From Octopus sinensis (Eukaryota): 64,000 nt of DNA. Below, piece after piece: positions 39,436 to 53,459 of the stretch (position 1 is its first letter; each line of letters begins with the position of its first letter). The position numbers were made by a program, and so were the translations under genes. The stretch is taken from positions 620,001 to 684,000 of the forward strand of contig NC_042998.1 in the NCBI RefSeq assembly GCF_006345805.1, read 5' to 3'. Below the pieces are notes generated by a model. The model had not been told where the DNA came from and did no database searches. It saw nothing but the letters and a program-made list of their open reading frames with translations.

Positions 39436-41466
39436 AAATAAAATGTAAAAACCAGAGAAATAGGATCGTGAGAAGACAAGCAGCAAAATCTTTCCTTCGT
39501 AATTTTAATGAAATACTTAATGATTATTCTAAAATTAAATTGTCTACTTAAACACTGTTTTGTCTTTAATACAAACTGAAATCTTTTCATATTTATTATG
39601 AGATTAAAAGAAACAGCTGGGAGGAAAAAAACTGCTATTTTTATAATATTGTAGTTGAGCACAAAGATAACCTTTTCAGAAAGTGAATTTTTAAAAGAAT
39701 GCCAAACCTATTGTCTTTGCTGATTGTCTTAAGAAAGGCAATGAGATAATTTATATGAAATTATCAATGGGTCCCCTCCCTATTCCGCCTCACCAAAAAA
39801 TTAAGAAAAAAATGACAAATGAAATTTGAATGGCGAATTCTAATTCATTCTATAATTTATGCGTGTTTTACATCGCTTTTTTCATTGTTTTATTTCTTTT
39901 TTCTTTTCCTCTTTGCATTATAAGGTTTCCAGATAATTAGCTATACAACATGATTGAAATAGCTTTTAACACAGCGAACATCTGAAGAAGCCAAACAGTT
40001 CATAACATTCAGCAAAAGAGCTCTATGTGTTGTGGCTGTCATGCCGTTTCATGGTTTTATTGGTCATCTTGAAAACTCCTCGTGTTCATTATTTTTAGCT
40101 GAAGCTTTTTAATGACTTCAAGTAATAACTCTTCCACGAGTCATCGGATTTCCAAAATAGGCCGATTCTGTTCATTCGTTGTTTTGTTTTTGTTTTTGTT
40201 TGTTTTACTTAGGCATATTTGTTTGATCTTCTTATCTTCGACAAGAGATGTTTCAGTCTTCTTCGAGTCTTTCATCTAACTTTTGTCTTGTTTTTCTTAA
40301 TGCAGAGATACCTTAAAATGAAGACATTGGAGGGTGTCCGACATTTCGGGTTGAAAAGACACTACTGATGCCTTCCGGTAGTTTTAATAATTCGGACGCT
40401 GACCAGATATATATAAATTAGATATATTTTTCTGAAATGATATTTTATACTGGCTGGTGTTTGTTATCTTACAAGGTTTAATCGCCTCCATATTATTACT
40501 TGACAGAGAGAAAGGAACTATCCTGTTTCTGTTGCCGGAGGATATGTAACAGAAATTAATAAAAAAATGTGAGAATATGGAGTTTATGTATATTGTTTCT
40601 TTCGTATTTACAACTGTTTCTTTATCTGTTTTATATACATATTTATTTGTTTGTTCTTCCATTTTGCCTTGAAGACACATCACAACATTGCCTTGAGGTA
40701 TAAGCTAAAAAGAAACCCCTTTGTATTAATGGTTGTATGGAATCGATGATAGCATAACAGTTAATGAAGACGGTATTACTTTCATTGTTGTTGAAACTGA
40801 TCGCATTTCCAAAATTTAATTAAAAAGTAATTAGCCAATATCTCTGTTCTTGTGAGAACAAATATCACATAATAAAAATGTATGCACAAAAAAATAGGTG
40901 TGAGTAAATAATAGAATATAAGGTAATGTAATAAAATAGTTAATATATATATAAAAAAAAACAGTTGGCTACTCTCACTTATAATATTTTATCACTTTCT
41001 AAAAATAAAGACATTTCGGTTTTAATCCTATGAAGCCTAAATACAATTAAACTAAGGTCTAATTGAGGATTAATATAAGTTTAATGACAGGCGTGAAGTA
41101 CAAATGAACTCAAACTCCTGGTGACCTGACGATACTAATGCTACTAAATATCATATATACACACTCATCTATCTATCTAACTATCTGTCTGTCTATCTAT
41201 CTATCAAAATTCACGTGTAATTATTGTATGGTATATATTTATGTATAAATGTGCACACACGCACATTGATAAACACAGCTAAACGCGAATTTTACTGTAG
41301 ACTATAAACGCCTGGTATAATATACACATCTTACTCTAACCAAGATATAAGTTCGATATCACAGCGTTTGCACTGTATAAAATATTTTATATATTTTACA
41401 ACTCTTGTTTTTATATACTTTATATATACTTTATATACTTTACAACTCTTGATTTGCTATATACAT

Positions 41467-41553
<87 letters not shown>

Positions 41554-41619
41554 GTGTGCGTGTTTGTATTGTAGTTACTAAATGAACTGCCCAAGAAAGC
41601 TGTAGAAAATCAGGTGGCG

Positions 41620-41945
41620 AGTGAAGGTCCTAGACACAGGTTCTCTCGCGAGCTGGTCTGTCAAGCATTTACACACTGCTGAAGAGAGCACGGGTCAGGT
41701 AAGCAGACCACCTTGTTTGAATTCTTGACTCGCGATTCCTCAAGAAACTGTTTTAAAGTGAATTATCAAAAATTAAACACATGCAAGGTAGACAGAAACA
41801 GCGCTTCAAGGACAGACTCAAAGCTTCATTGAAGAGCTTTGAGATCAGCCGTAATACCTGCGAAATACAAGCAGAAGACCGCCATTCTTGGCGAAGCTGC
41901 GCTGACAGAGGTGCCAACGACGGACGAACTAATGACATTTGACAC
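41620..41945 (+). mobile_element. RTE (BovB-like) LINE 3' fragment
   Basis: GRQKQRFKDRLKASLKSFEISRNTCEIQAEDRHSWRSC. Confidence 0.7.
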
Positions 41946-44576
41946 GGTCCAGTGCATAGACAGAAATAAATACCATATGATGTATGATGCGATAGAAGTA
42001 ACGTAACCCAAAACAAACAATGAATGAAATACGTTATATATTTTTCTAATCACTCGTTGAACAGAGTGACGCCGTGGAAGCGTGCTTAATCCAGAAATCT
42101 GTAGATCGAAGCTACGCACTATGAGCAAAAGGATACAATCTGATATTTATGCATGGCAACTGAGTTGGCAAGGTACAAATTATATCATGCAATAGAAATG
42201 TTTATATAGGGTCAAGGGTCACCAACTGACCGGTGTACACTAAGGCCCAAGTAACAGGACAGTGACAGAGATGACGACAGGAAAACTTTCTGCTTCGTCT
42301 AAAGTATTTGGGAAAATTGCAGGGGAATTTGATCAATGCTTTTTGTAAACGTCTCTTGAGTGATTGTAACTGGATTTTTTTTATATTTTAAAGAAGAGTT
42401 GAAAGAGAATCGATTAATGAGAGAATTACCCAAAGACACCATCTGCATAAAGAAAAATGCGTAGCCACGTTAATAGTATCTGTTAAATCTAATGTTTTTT
42501 CTTCATTGCGTAATTATTAAGTAACCATTTAATACTTGTAGCAGTATAATAATATATATATTAATATATAACTCGAACTTGACTATGTAATAATAGAATT
42601 AGTTGTGTCAGTATTTAGTCGACACAAATAAATCTGAGCTTCAGAAGCAAGGTCATTACAACCTTCCTCACGTATGCTTGAATGTTCAAAGTAAAAAGTA
42701 ATAAATAAAAACATAGACAGGATGTAAAATATGTCTTTCGAAATGGCGATGTTATAATAAAATTTAATCCTATATGGCAGGTGGTATAAGTCTAAAGTAT
42801 GTACACATGATAAAGATATTCGTACTGTTTAAATATATTTAATAGTAATTTAGGCTTCGCTGTTCGTTTTTCGATTATAGATTAGACATTGGAAATAACG
42901 AGTTTTGAAAAATTTTGAATTATTAACTGGTCAATAGCTGGATCGGCTGCCAAAATATTTCAGGCTTCATCGATTTTGCTAAGAATCATCGTAACGAAGA
43001 GGAATGCTACTACACACATAAGTTAGCAGTAACAGATAATGTTAACAGAAAAAGTTGCATTCATAAACACATACGGTATTGGCAAATGCATTCTTTCACA
43101 CACACACACACACACACACATGCTTTAATATATAAACATGGCTTTACAGACTGCATACTGATACATACATGAAGTTGTACATGTATATAACTATAACTAT
43201 AAAGATAGATTAAATGGAATTGAAGAACCATGAAAGGCTGTGATCATTTACAGCTCTTATGATATACGCAACAATTTCCGTAAACTTCATTCGTTTCCAA
43301 TATTGCCACCGAATCAGAACCATGGTAGACTTTAATAAATTGAATTCAGTCGATGTTTGTGATCACCTGCATTGTACAGTATTTGGCGTTTGATTTGTTT
43401 CTGGGTGTCTAGTTGCATAATAAGGAAATTGAATCGTTGTTTTCGGAAATGGAGACACCTGAAATCTCTAAGTTAGACGGAATTGATTACATACTTGATA
43501 GAAACTGTAGCAGTAAAACAAGAACCAATCTTGTCAATATTATTTAGGCGGCATCTGCGTCATTTCTTCTGGCTTGTTGCGTTCTGAGTTCAAATCCCGC
43601 CGAGGTCGACTTTGCCTTTCATCTTTTCGCGGTCAATGAAATAAGTACGAGTTAAGCACAGGGGCGATTTAATCGACTGGTCCCTTCCCACAATATTTCA
43701 GGACTTTGTGCTTATAGTAGAAAGGACTATTAAGGTGGCTAACTGGCAAAATCGTTAGCATGCCGCACAAAATGGTTCGCGGCATTCTTCCAGACTCGTT
43801 CCGTTCTGAGTTCGAATTCCGCCGCGATTGACTTTGTTTTTCATCCAATTGGGGTTGGGTAAGGTAAGTACCAATTCGTGTCGATATAATCAACTTACTC
43901 TTCCCCCAAAATTTCTGGCCTAGTGCCAAAATTTGAAACCAATATTATTAAGGCGACTTCTGCGGCATTTCTTCTGACTTTTTATGTTCTGAGTTCAAAT
44001 TCCACCAAGGTCGACTTGACCTTAAGAGCAGAGGTCGATTTAATCGGTTAGTCTCCTCCCACAGTATTTCAAGCCTTGTACATGTAGTAGAAACAATTAT
44101 TAAGACTCTAACACGCCGGGTAAAATACCTAACGTCATTTCGCTCATCTTCACGTTCTGGGTTCAAATTCCGCTGAGGTCGACTTTACCTTTCATCCTTT
44201 CGAGGTCGATAAAATAAGTAGCTGTTGAACACTGAGGTCGATGTATTCGATGAGCCCCCTTTGTCAATATTTCAGGCTTTATTAGGAAGGTGTCCCGGGT
44301 TTTAGACACGCTAATCTATATTATGATCGCTAAGTATTTGAAAATCTTATTTGGTAAAAAAGTGATTGTTTCTTCGTTTGATTCACCTTAAACCGAAAGA
44401 AAATTTTAAAGCACAGGTGATAATAGCTGAAGGACTCAAACTATTCTCACTGACCAGAGATAGCAGACGTAAAATAAGACAATGTGTGTCATTTACTAAA
44501 TTTTAAATCTCATACATTATCTTCTGTATGTGGAAATAACATAATGTACATTTACTCTAGGCGTCTTGCTATGATC

Positions 44577-44892
44577 TTATTTGCGCCCTTTTCAAGCCTA
44601 ACCAGGCTCATGGGCCCGGCTTCCCGGTTTCTGTGGCGTATGTATTCCCCCCAACCACCCAGCTAGACGGGACGCCAGTCCATCACAGCGTTACTCAAGA
44701 AACAGTAAGAAAGAGTGAGAGAAGGTTGGGGCGAAAGAGTACAACAAGGGTCGCCCACCCTCTGCCGGGGCCGCATGGAGCTTTTAGGTGTTTTCGCTCG
44801 ATAAACACACACGACGCCCGGTCTCGGAATCGAATCCGCGATCCTCCGACCGCGAGTCCGTTGCCCTAAACACTGAGCCATTGCGCCTCCAC
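44577..44892 (-). mobile_element. X-head SINE with V-domain-like tail
   Basis: Head gtggaggcgcaatggctcagtg..., body gagcgaaaacacctaaaagctcc, tail gctgtgatggactggcgtcccgtctagctgg. Confidence 0.8.
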
Positions 44893-46886
44893 CTTGCTAT
44901 GATTACACAGATGATAACATGTGTATCATCCATGCTTGAAAAATGATAGTGTGAAATATTTGCGGTCAATATTTCCGCATTAATTTAGAATGGAACTTAA
45001 TATCTCAGTGCGGTTATATTTCTGAAGCCCGAACGTGTGTGGCTCTGTGGCCAGGGGATGCGGCTCACGATCGTGAGTTTGATTCCCGGTGGGGTGGGGG
45101 ATCCATTGTGTCTTTGAGCTAGATATTCTATTTCACGTTGCTCCAATCCACTCAGCTGGTAAAAATGAATCGTACCTGTATTTTGTAGAGCCAGTTAATT
45201 TCACGATCGCGCTGTTCCGTTGATCGTATCCACTGGAACCCTTGTCATCGTAACCGACGGAGCGCCAGATAACGTTATTGGGGTCTAGAAGCATTTGCAC
45301 TCACAAGAGAAATGTGTGGGGAAGCAGATTTATATATTGTGTAAAGAAAGTGGAAATTTATAAGATAAGAGCATTGTATTAGGATTGAAGAATAAATTGA
45401 AACCTTTCTTCTTTGTGTGTTCAACTAACAAGACAGACATGTTCCTTAATGACACCAATCCATTATTTTTAGATGACTTCTTTGCTCGCAGGAAATAATC
45501 TCAAGTGTTAAACTTTTAACAACTTTTAACTATTAAAATGTCAATTCAGCTTTCACTTAATGATTGTTAAGTCTAAGTAATTGCAAAATTATATCATTTG
45601 GTGTACAAAATGATTTCATTACCGCTTCGTAAAAGCAAAAATATTGAATAGAGAATATGGCTTTAATGGTTAGTTTATTGATTAGATGTTTATGATCGAG
45701 AGACGAATCGAACAAATTGAACAAAAACGTTTCAGACAGGCAAATCTTTTTCTTAAGATAAAATTGACTCCATAGAACTCAACAATGTAGTAAAGAAACT
45801 GACAATATTACATAACTTAGCGATGCCTTTGCTGAACAGCCCTCATTTCAGAGGATCTTGTCTAAGGCATAAGGCAACCTGTTGGCAGAATCGTTTGAGC
45901 TTCCGATAGAACGCCTTACGGTATTCGTTCCGGATCTCTATACTCTGAATTCAGCTTATCATCTGTCGGGATCGATGAATAAAGTACCCTTGTCGACTCT
46001 AATCAGGCAGACCTACAAACGAAGGCATTCCATCAGTGATCATGCCGTTCCTTGAGAGACGTCTAGAACTACATTATCTAATGTAGCCGTCTCTTTCCTA
46101 AAACTGAAAAGTGTACTTCGGGGAAAATTTGACTGCTATTTCTAGCAAGAGAGTAATACATAGAAACGCTTTCATCGGCTCGTTATTAAATAAGAAAATG
46201 CTTTTTTATCATTGATTCCTTTTTGTTGATAAAGTTCGCAATAGGAAATTGTATGTTCAGTGTTTCCTACCAGAAGTGCAAGCAATACTCTAGTGTGGTG
46301 TGAAACAAAGTTTTCTATCGACTCACCTACTGTTTGGGACCACAGTACTCCTGAAAAGAATACAAACTTTGATGAGGCGCGCTTGACTATATATTATGTG
46401 TGGTCAGAAAGAGAATCATCAGAGATAAGAAGTCACGGAATTTGGGGAGTGCAATAGTTTTGACTGCAATAATATTCGCGAGCTATTAGGGCGTGGTGCA
46501 TTTTGAAATATATTGCGTTTGTGTTTTGAGGCTTATCAATGACATTAAAGAGTTATGCCTTCATTAGATGGTGTTTTTAAGGCTTCATGGAGGATGTATA
46601 CGTCTGACTCTAGATTTTGTGTACGAATATCCAGAAACGTTATCTGGTACATAAAACTTGCAGCAAAAGGCAGTTATGCTTTCATTACATGGTTTTTCTA
46701 AGGTTTCATAGAGGATGTGCTCGTCTGGTTAAAGGTGTTGTGTATGAAGACCCAGAAACTCTGAGATATTTTCAGAAACAGACGAAAATGTATTGATTCA
46801 GACGAGAGTGGAATAAGAGATTGCTGACAGGTTATATATGATAACTGATACAATTACTTCTTTGACGATGTCAACGAATTTGAATA

Positions 46887-47405
46887 CCCTAAATCCTCGA
46901 GTATAATCCGCATTTTTTTCCCAAAATTTAAAGGTCAAAATTCCTAGTGCGTACTATATACGAGGTTAAAAATTAAAATTATTTTCTAAGCAATGTCCGA
47001 GTCTCTATTTGCTCTCCGGCAATGTTTATTCAGACGCATTTTGTGATGTCGGGCACGAAAATACCTTAAGCTAAGCCTGAAAGCAACGAAGTCATAAAAG
47101 AATCATCCATAACTTGCAGTAAGCAACATTTATTAAACGTTATTACTTTTATTACTGTTATTTCTTTATTTTCTGCAAACAAAATGCTCCAAAAAGCTAC
47201 ATGTTTGCATTATGTCATACGTACAATAATAATAAAGGACGTTACCATATACATTTTTACAAACCAAGGACGTAATTAGATCTCCTTGACTCAAGTTAGA
47301 GAAGGGGTACGTATCATACACAAGGTTTAGGTTTTTCAGAGGTACAGCCCCATAAAAAACCCTGGGTATCATACTCAAGGGCGGACTATACTCGAGGATT
47401 TACGG
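46887..47405. mobile_element. Tc1/pogo-type MITE with TA TSD
   Basis: TA|cc(c/g)taaatcctcgagtata ... tatactcgaggatttacgg|TA. Confidence 0.85.
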
Positions 47406-49024
47406 TAAGTAAAATATATTAATTGATGTTCGTTGAAAAAAGACTATATCCATCCAAGATTTCATCTTTAATAAAAAATATCGAACACAAACCGAAAAGG
47501 CTATTTTGATTCTAGAATTATATCGATCTCGCAGAGTCACATCAACCGTTTATAGCGCTTCATAATGTTTAATATTATCGTCTAAGGAAGAATTTATGTT
47601 CAAGTGTCTTTGATTTCTTGAATCTTCTCGTCTCATTTTTGTCTGGATTACCTTTGGCTAGAGAACCTTTTATTTGATCAATTCTTTTGAGTAAAACAGT
47701 AATTGAAGTCATTTAGTGAGATTGTAAGGTCACCATCAATCGATTATTGATTACTATTATTGTCCAATAGAGTGTCAATAAAGTTGGAAACTGTACTCTT
47801 TGATCAGGTTCTTTTGATTCGATACTTTGTACACGTAGTTTTGATCTTTCGTCTTTAAGGGAGAAGAGAAAGGCTTGTACTATCAAATAAAATTGATTTA
47901 ATTGTTGCTGGAATCAGGTAACCTATATTTACGCAAAAATGGGGGGGGGGTTCTGTTTTGCTTCAAACTATTTATAGTCAAACAAAGAAGATTTTGCCCA
48001 TAGTACAATTTTGAAACGTAAAGAAAAATGGTTTCAAATTTTGGTACAAGGCCAGCAGTTTGGTGGGAGGTGATAAGTTGATTAAATCGACTCCAAGTAC
48101 TTAATTTGTATTTATTTTATCGATCGCGAAAGGATGGAAGCAAAGTCGACTTCGGTAGCATTTGAACTCAGAACGTAAAGCAGAAAGAAATGCCGCTAAG
48201 CATTTCATCCGGAGTGCTTAATAATAACAACAGCAATAATCCTTTTTATTATAGGCACAGGAGCTGAAATTTTGGAAGAGGGTCTAGTCGACTAGTTTGA
48301 CCCCTGCTCAACAGATACTTATTTTATCAACCCCGATAGGTTGAAAGTCAAAGCCGACCTCTGTGGAATTTGAACCCAGATCGTCTAAGCGTTTTATCTG
48401 ACGTGCTAACAGTTCTGTCATCCCGTCAGTGAATGTTATATGAAAAAAAGTGAAAAGTACTAAAATTTGTACCCACTAGGGATAAAGTTTGGTGTGGTAA
48501 AGAACATTTATAACATTTATAATTTACTATAGTACCAATTAATATTGTCGAGGGAAATTGCTGGCCTTATGCCAAAATTTGAAACCAGTATATAAAGACA
48601 TATAATGTTACGTTGAAATACTAATGGTGACCTAAAATACTAATGGTGACCTAATAGTGTATAACCTATTAACGTTTCAATTGTGCTGTACGTGTTGATG
48701 TTTTAAATATGCATATTCATAATTTTGGAGCCGGTACAAGCATTTGTTTGGTATATTTACATCTTTTGATCTTCTTCTAAGGCCCTTTTACCCCAACGGA
48801 AGTAGTGATCAAACTTTAAGTGTCGAAATCACGATAATATTTGTTAGACGGCAGATGTATTCAACTGGATTTCATTCTGTTGTCAGGTCTTTGCTTGTTG
48901 TTAATATTCGTGCTTTGTACTCTTGTTGCTTGCTTTTGTTTCATTTTCGTGAGTTTTGTGGAAATTTTAGAGGTTTTTACACAGTTTCTGTTCCGCGTGG
49001 TGTTGGTTATACGGTTAGATATAA

Positions 49025-49223
49025 GGATCTTTTCCTTTTGATGCATAGGATTGGTTAAAATTCGAAAAATTAAACTACGTTAAACAAACGAATTACAAAT
49101 TTATCAAAAAAGCCAAGTGAAAATAATGTTTTCTTTTGACACATTCTACCAGTATACGAAGTTTTAAAGTGTTTAGTTAACTAGAAATTGTGTTGAAATC
49201 TGGCCATCAAAAGGAAAAGATCC
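49025..49223. mobile_element. 199-bp deletion derivative of the GGATC family
   Basis: Same termini as 38663-39435; TSD agatataa at 49017-49024 and 49224-49231. Confidence 0.9.
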
Positions 49224-49737
49224 AGATATAATTTTACTCATACAGTCTGTAAATAAGTATATGAGTCTGTAAATGAGTATATGAGAAGTTAAATTCCCCA
49301 TCTTTGTATGTCTACTATGTAGGTTTACATTTAACATAACTCGATACTCTGTGGACTGAGATCCTCGTTCACTGGTCGCTGATAATAAAAATAAATTGAT
49401 AAACACTTATGGTATGCAAATGAGTAACCCTCGTTCTCTTAGGTTTCTGGCTTTATTGTATACATAAACAGGCAGTTTGCTTATATCTCTCGGATTGGTC
49501 AAGTGGTGTAGATACTTCTGATGAGACCTCAATGAGAGATGAATAATCGATTATGGCTCTTCATCCTTTTTTCCAATCTACGATAAGTTTGCTTATCTAT
49601 GCCTTTCGACATAGGAGTGGCTGTGTGATAAGTAGCTTGCTTACGAGCCACATGGTTTCGGGTTCAGTCCCGACTTAAGGCGGTGCTCCAGCATGGCCAC
49701 AGTCACATGACTGAAACAAGTAAAAGCGAGAAAGAGA

Positions 49738-49789
<52 letters not shown>

Positions 49790-50489
49790 TATATATGCAT
49801 ATGCATTTGCATCATATCATGTGTGTGTGGACAACGACATTTTTAACACTTAATTCTCCTCTAAGGGACAGAATGTAACAGCAGGGGTCTCTCTCTCTTT
49901 CGGCCTCCCTTGTGAACGCTTACACATACACGCATACACATACATGCACGCACGTAGACACACACACACACACACACAAATGTCTGCGAATGCGAAACAA
50001 TAAAATCAGTGAGCATCCATACATTTTGCGCCGTTCTGTTTGTGCAAATACAACGTTGCAGAAATAAGCACATTTCTATAAACATGTATAAATGCAGTCT
50101 TATATATATATATATACAGCATTATATGTGATTGTGAAGAATCTATTTCATCAAAGTCAGAGTTTGTTGACAAAATTCCTATTAAGTTTGTCGAGCGGAA
50201 TTGTAGTTTATGGCCAATTAACTATACTCGTAGAGCTTTAAACTAAAAGTGCAATAAACACAACCGTAAACGAATACATAAATTACATATTGGTGAAACT
50301 AAACAAAAACAAAAATAAAAAATAGTCAAATGAACACCTTCTATAAAACTGTTAAAATAGTTGTCAAGAAAATCAAAACAAATAAAAAAGCAAAGGAAAC
50401 AGAAGATGCCTAAACATAAATTAACGCCATTGGTCAGCTTGTATCATATATGCGAAGAAGTATCAAGTTTCTCTTCGATAATTAATAAT

Positions 50490-50980
50490 AATAGTTTCTG
50501 TATTAACGCTACAATGACAAGGAAGTTGGAGACTGAAGAAGCAAAACAAGCAAAGTTGGTGTTTAGGAGTTGGTTGATGAGTTCCTTGTCAAGGGATGGT
50601 ACGCAGCATCGATACCTGTTGAAGTTGGCTGATGCTATTTTCCAGCTAGAGCGCTGTGCTATTGTGCTGTTACCCAAACATCTGAGGAAAACCACCAAGG
50701 AGATGGGAACACTTGTTGAAACTAGTTCAAGGTGGTTATGGTTGATAAAAGACCTCAAGTGGAAGCCTTCCGCAGGCGAAGACTTCTTCAGTCCTCGCCG
50801 CCCCACTTAAGGGAAGCGTACTGGCTTGTGAGCTCGGATATCTACTGACGATACGGAAGGGCTCCCTATAGTGTCGTTGACTGTGATGGGTTTAGAAAGG
50901 CTTGCAACATTTCTGAGTAACTTCTGCAGTTCCTGCAAGGGGTGAGACATTTCTGAGAGAAGTCTGACCGACATTGATCA
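50490..50980 (+). mobile_element. HERO/NeSL-like non-LTR retrotransposon 3' end (restriction-like endonuclease)
   Basis: ELVDEFLVKGWYAASIPVEVG*..FPARAL and, after a frameshift, LRKTTKEMGTLVETSSRWLWLIKDLKW. Confidence 0.7.
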
Positions 50981-52079
50981 CATTTATTCCTTAATTCCTT
51001 ACTTCTGTTAATTTACATAATATCCTTTCTACTACAGGCACAAGGCCTGATCTTTTGGGGGAAGGGGCTAGTCGATTACATCGACCCCAGTGTTTCACTG
51101 GTAATTATTTTAACGACTCCGAAAGAATGAAAGGCAAAGTCGACCTCGGTGGAATTTGAACTCAGAACGTAGCGGCAGACGAAATACCTATTTCTTTACT
51201 ACACACAAGGAGCTAAACACAGAGGGGACAAACAAAGACAGACAAACGGATTAAGTCGATTACATCGATCCCAGTGCGTAACTAGTACTTAATTTATCGA
51301 CCCGGAAAGGATGAAAGGTAAAGTCGAATTTGAACTCAGAACGTAACGGCAGAAAAAATACGGCTACGCATTTCGCCTGGCGTGCTAACCACTCTGCCAG
51401 CTCGCACCGTTTACTTAACATAAAATGTGGATGTTTATTTCCAGGTCAGCCGAGATCGAACTGATTTTTTGATCAAGCGCATGCTCAGGTGTAACCATTC
51501 CATAGTTTGTCATAGTTTATTGAGGACTATGATGTTCTTTATGTTTTGTTTGCTTCAGTCATGGATGGCGGTCATGCTAGGATACATCCTTGAAAGATTA
51601 AGTCGAACAAACCGACTCCACAACTTACTTTTTTGCTAAAGCCCGGTACTTTTGTCTATGGCATTCTTTTACTGTACCGTAGTGTTCCAGATACGTAGCA
51701 AAGAAATAAACAACAGCTGTCAAGTGGTTGTGGGGGTACAGACATAAACACAAACACACACACACACACATGTACATACATTCATACATAATATATATAT
51801 ATATATATTTATGTATATATATATGTATATATATATCTATATATATATATGTATATATGTATATATATATATTTGTATAATAAATATTAGGGAATAAATC
51901 CAAACTTACAGGGAAAAATCAGATTTAGGATTGAATCCAATTTTATAGTAAAATATTATATTATATTAAATTAGAGACAAAACCACTATTGTGCAAATCA
52001 AACAATGAAAGACTTAAGCCAATACATAAATTAATTTATATTATTTAGATATGTAACAATTATTAAAAAATATAATTAA

Positions 52080-52595
52080 CTAGCAGTATCGCCCGGCGTT
52101 GCTCGGGTTTGTAAGGGAAATAACTATATAGCATTTTTAGAGAGTTACTTCCCTTATAGATGTCAATTCGGGCTTTCTTAGCCATTTCTGTTTTGGTGTC
52201 TTCAAGTCATGAAGTCGTTGTTCTAAAAGAACGCTGGTCTCCTTGACAACGCATTACGACGTTGATTTCCTTAAACTCCCTTCCCCACAGCTTCACGAGG
52301 GAGGGAAGAACGGGGAGAAGCAAACACAGGTGCAGGTGTTTGAGCGTGGACGCCAACTCCGCCGCCATCGACACACGAAAAATTATGCATTAAAATGGAA
52401 TAAAAAATGATGTTAAATTATTTTTAAAATCGTAGACTCATCGTAGACGCGCGCTAATAGCCAGACGGGCTCGATATTAATCACGACTATAAGATACTCG
52501 AATTTGGTTAAACTGCACCGCAAAATGTGGGAGGAGTTAGGATTCTAAATCGTAGGAGACAGACACTCACACAACTACAGTTTTATATATACAGA
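52080..52595 (-). mobile_element. Non-autonomous Helitron, 516 bp
   Basis: Minus strand 5'-TCtgtatatataaaac...cccgagcaacgccgggcgatactgCTAG-3', inserted between A and T with no TSD. The empty site attaa^tatcc is preserved in the opposite palindrome arm. Confidence 0.92.
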
Positions 52596-52598
52596 TAT

Positions 52599-52661
52599 CC
52601 ACTACGATCGTTTCCTGTCTTCTGTCATCAAATTTTTGAGTAGCAGACATTCATCAGGTGG
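52599..52661 (-). ncRNA. Type I HHR motif (left-arm copy)
   Basis: Reverse complement of the 52729-52791 motif. Confidence 0.65.
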
Positions 52662-52728
52662 TTTCAAAATTTTCTTGGCGAGTTTTAAACGAGTTCATTG
52701 TTTAAAACTCGCCAAGAAAAATTTGAAA

Positions 52729-52791
52729 CCACCTGATGAATGTCTGCTACTCAAAAATTTGATGACAGAAGACAGGAAACGATCGTAGTGG
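52729..52791 (+). ncRNA. Type I HHR motif
   Basis: ccac-CTGATGA-A-TGTCT...AGACA-G-GAAAC-GATC-GTA/-gtgg. Stem I ccac/gtgg, stem II TGTCT/AGACA, palindromic stem III ACGATCGT. The A.G pair closing stem II is non-canonical. Confidence 0.7.
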
Positions 52792-52928
52792 ATATTAATT
52801 ATATTTTTTAAATAATTGTTACATATCTAAATAATATAAATTAATTTATGTATTGGCTTAAGTCTTTCATTGTTTGATTTGCACAATAGTGGTTTTGTCT
52901 CTAATTTAAAATATATATATTTGTATAT

Positions 52929-53459
52929 ATTATATATAAGGGCTTAGTAAAATAAATTACTTTGCCACATACTGAACTCATTAGAAATAGCAGCTAAAGA
53001 AATTTCTTCAGCTATTTCTAATACTTAAAGAAGATCTCTCTCAGATAGTGTTTGCCTAAACTAACTCACAAAAGTATGGGGGAAAAAACATTAAAAAATC
53101 AAGTGCAAAGGTTATTTGAGAACGTACGTTTCTAGATTAGTCTAATCTAGAAACGTACGTTCTCAAATAATCTTTGCACTTGATTTTTTAATGTTTTTTC
53201 CCCCATACTTTTGTGAGTTAGTTTAGGCAAACACTATCTGAGAGAGATCTTCTTTAAGTATTAGAAATAGCTGAAGAAATTTCTTTAGCTGCTATTTCTA
53301 ATGAGTTCAGTATGTGGCAAAGTAATTTATTTTACTAAGCCCTTATATATAATGTAATATTTTGAATTCGCCTATAATGGTCCCTTTACATACTGAATAC
53401 TTGGTGAAATTGATTAATAATTAATTAATTTTACCCTCAATTGTTGAAATTATATTTGT
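52929..53459 (+). mobile_element. Fold-back element C (family P3): 212-bp arms, 1-nt spacer, about 105-nt 3' extension
   Basis: 52929-53140 vs 53142-53353, with one mismatch. It keeps only the 3' half of an HHR (GAAAC-GTAC-GTT-ctcaaa at 53150). Homologous to element D. Confidence 0.85.

Larger units (their letters stand above)
51871..52909 (-). mobile_element. Fold-back element B (family P1) with an HHR in each arm; left arm interrupted by a Helitron
   Basis: Right arm 52700-52909 is the reverse complement of 51966-52079 plus 52596-52690 (9-nt loop, few substitutions). About 95-nt terminal extension on the left only. Flanked by (TA)n. Confidence 0.85.

Noticed and set aside
39950-40860. Possible decayed Penelope-like fragment on the minus strand
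   Set aside because: Only faint motif resemblance; could not be supported by eye.
46551-46790. Diverged ~121-bp tandem duplication with a KGVVYEDPETL-like peptide
   Set aside because: A possible Tc1-like relic, but too degenerate to assign.
49510-49560. CTGATGA followed by the palindrome taatcgatta
   Set aside because: No GAAA core and no stem I; at best a decayed relic.
50444-50806. 120-aa minus-strand ORF with protein-like composition
   Set aside because: Antisense of a HERO-like RLE remnant.
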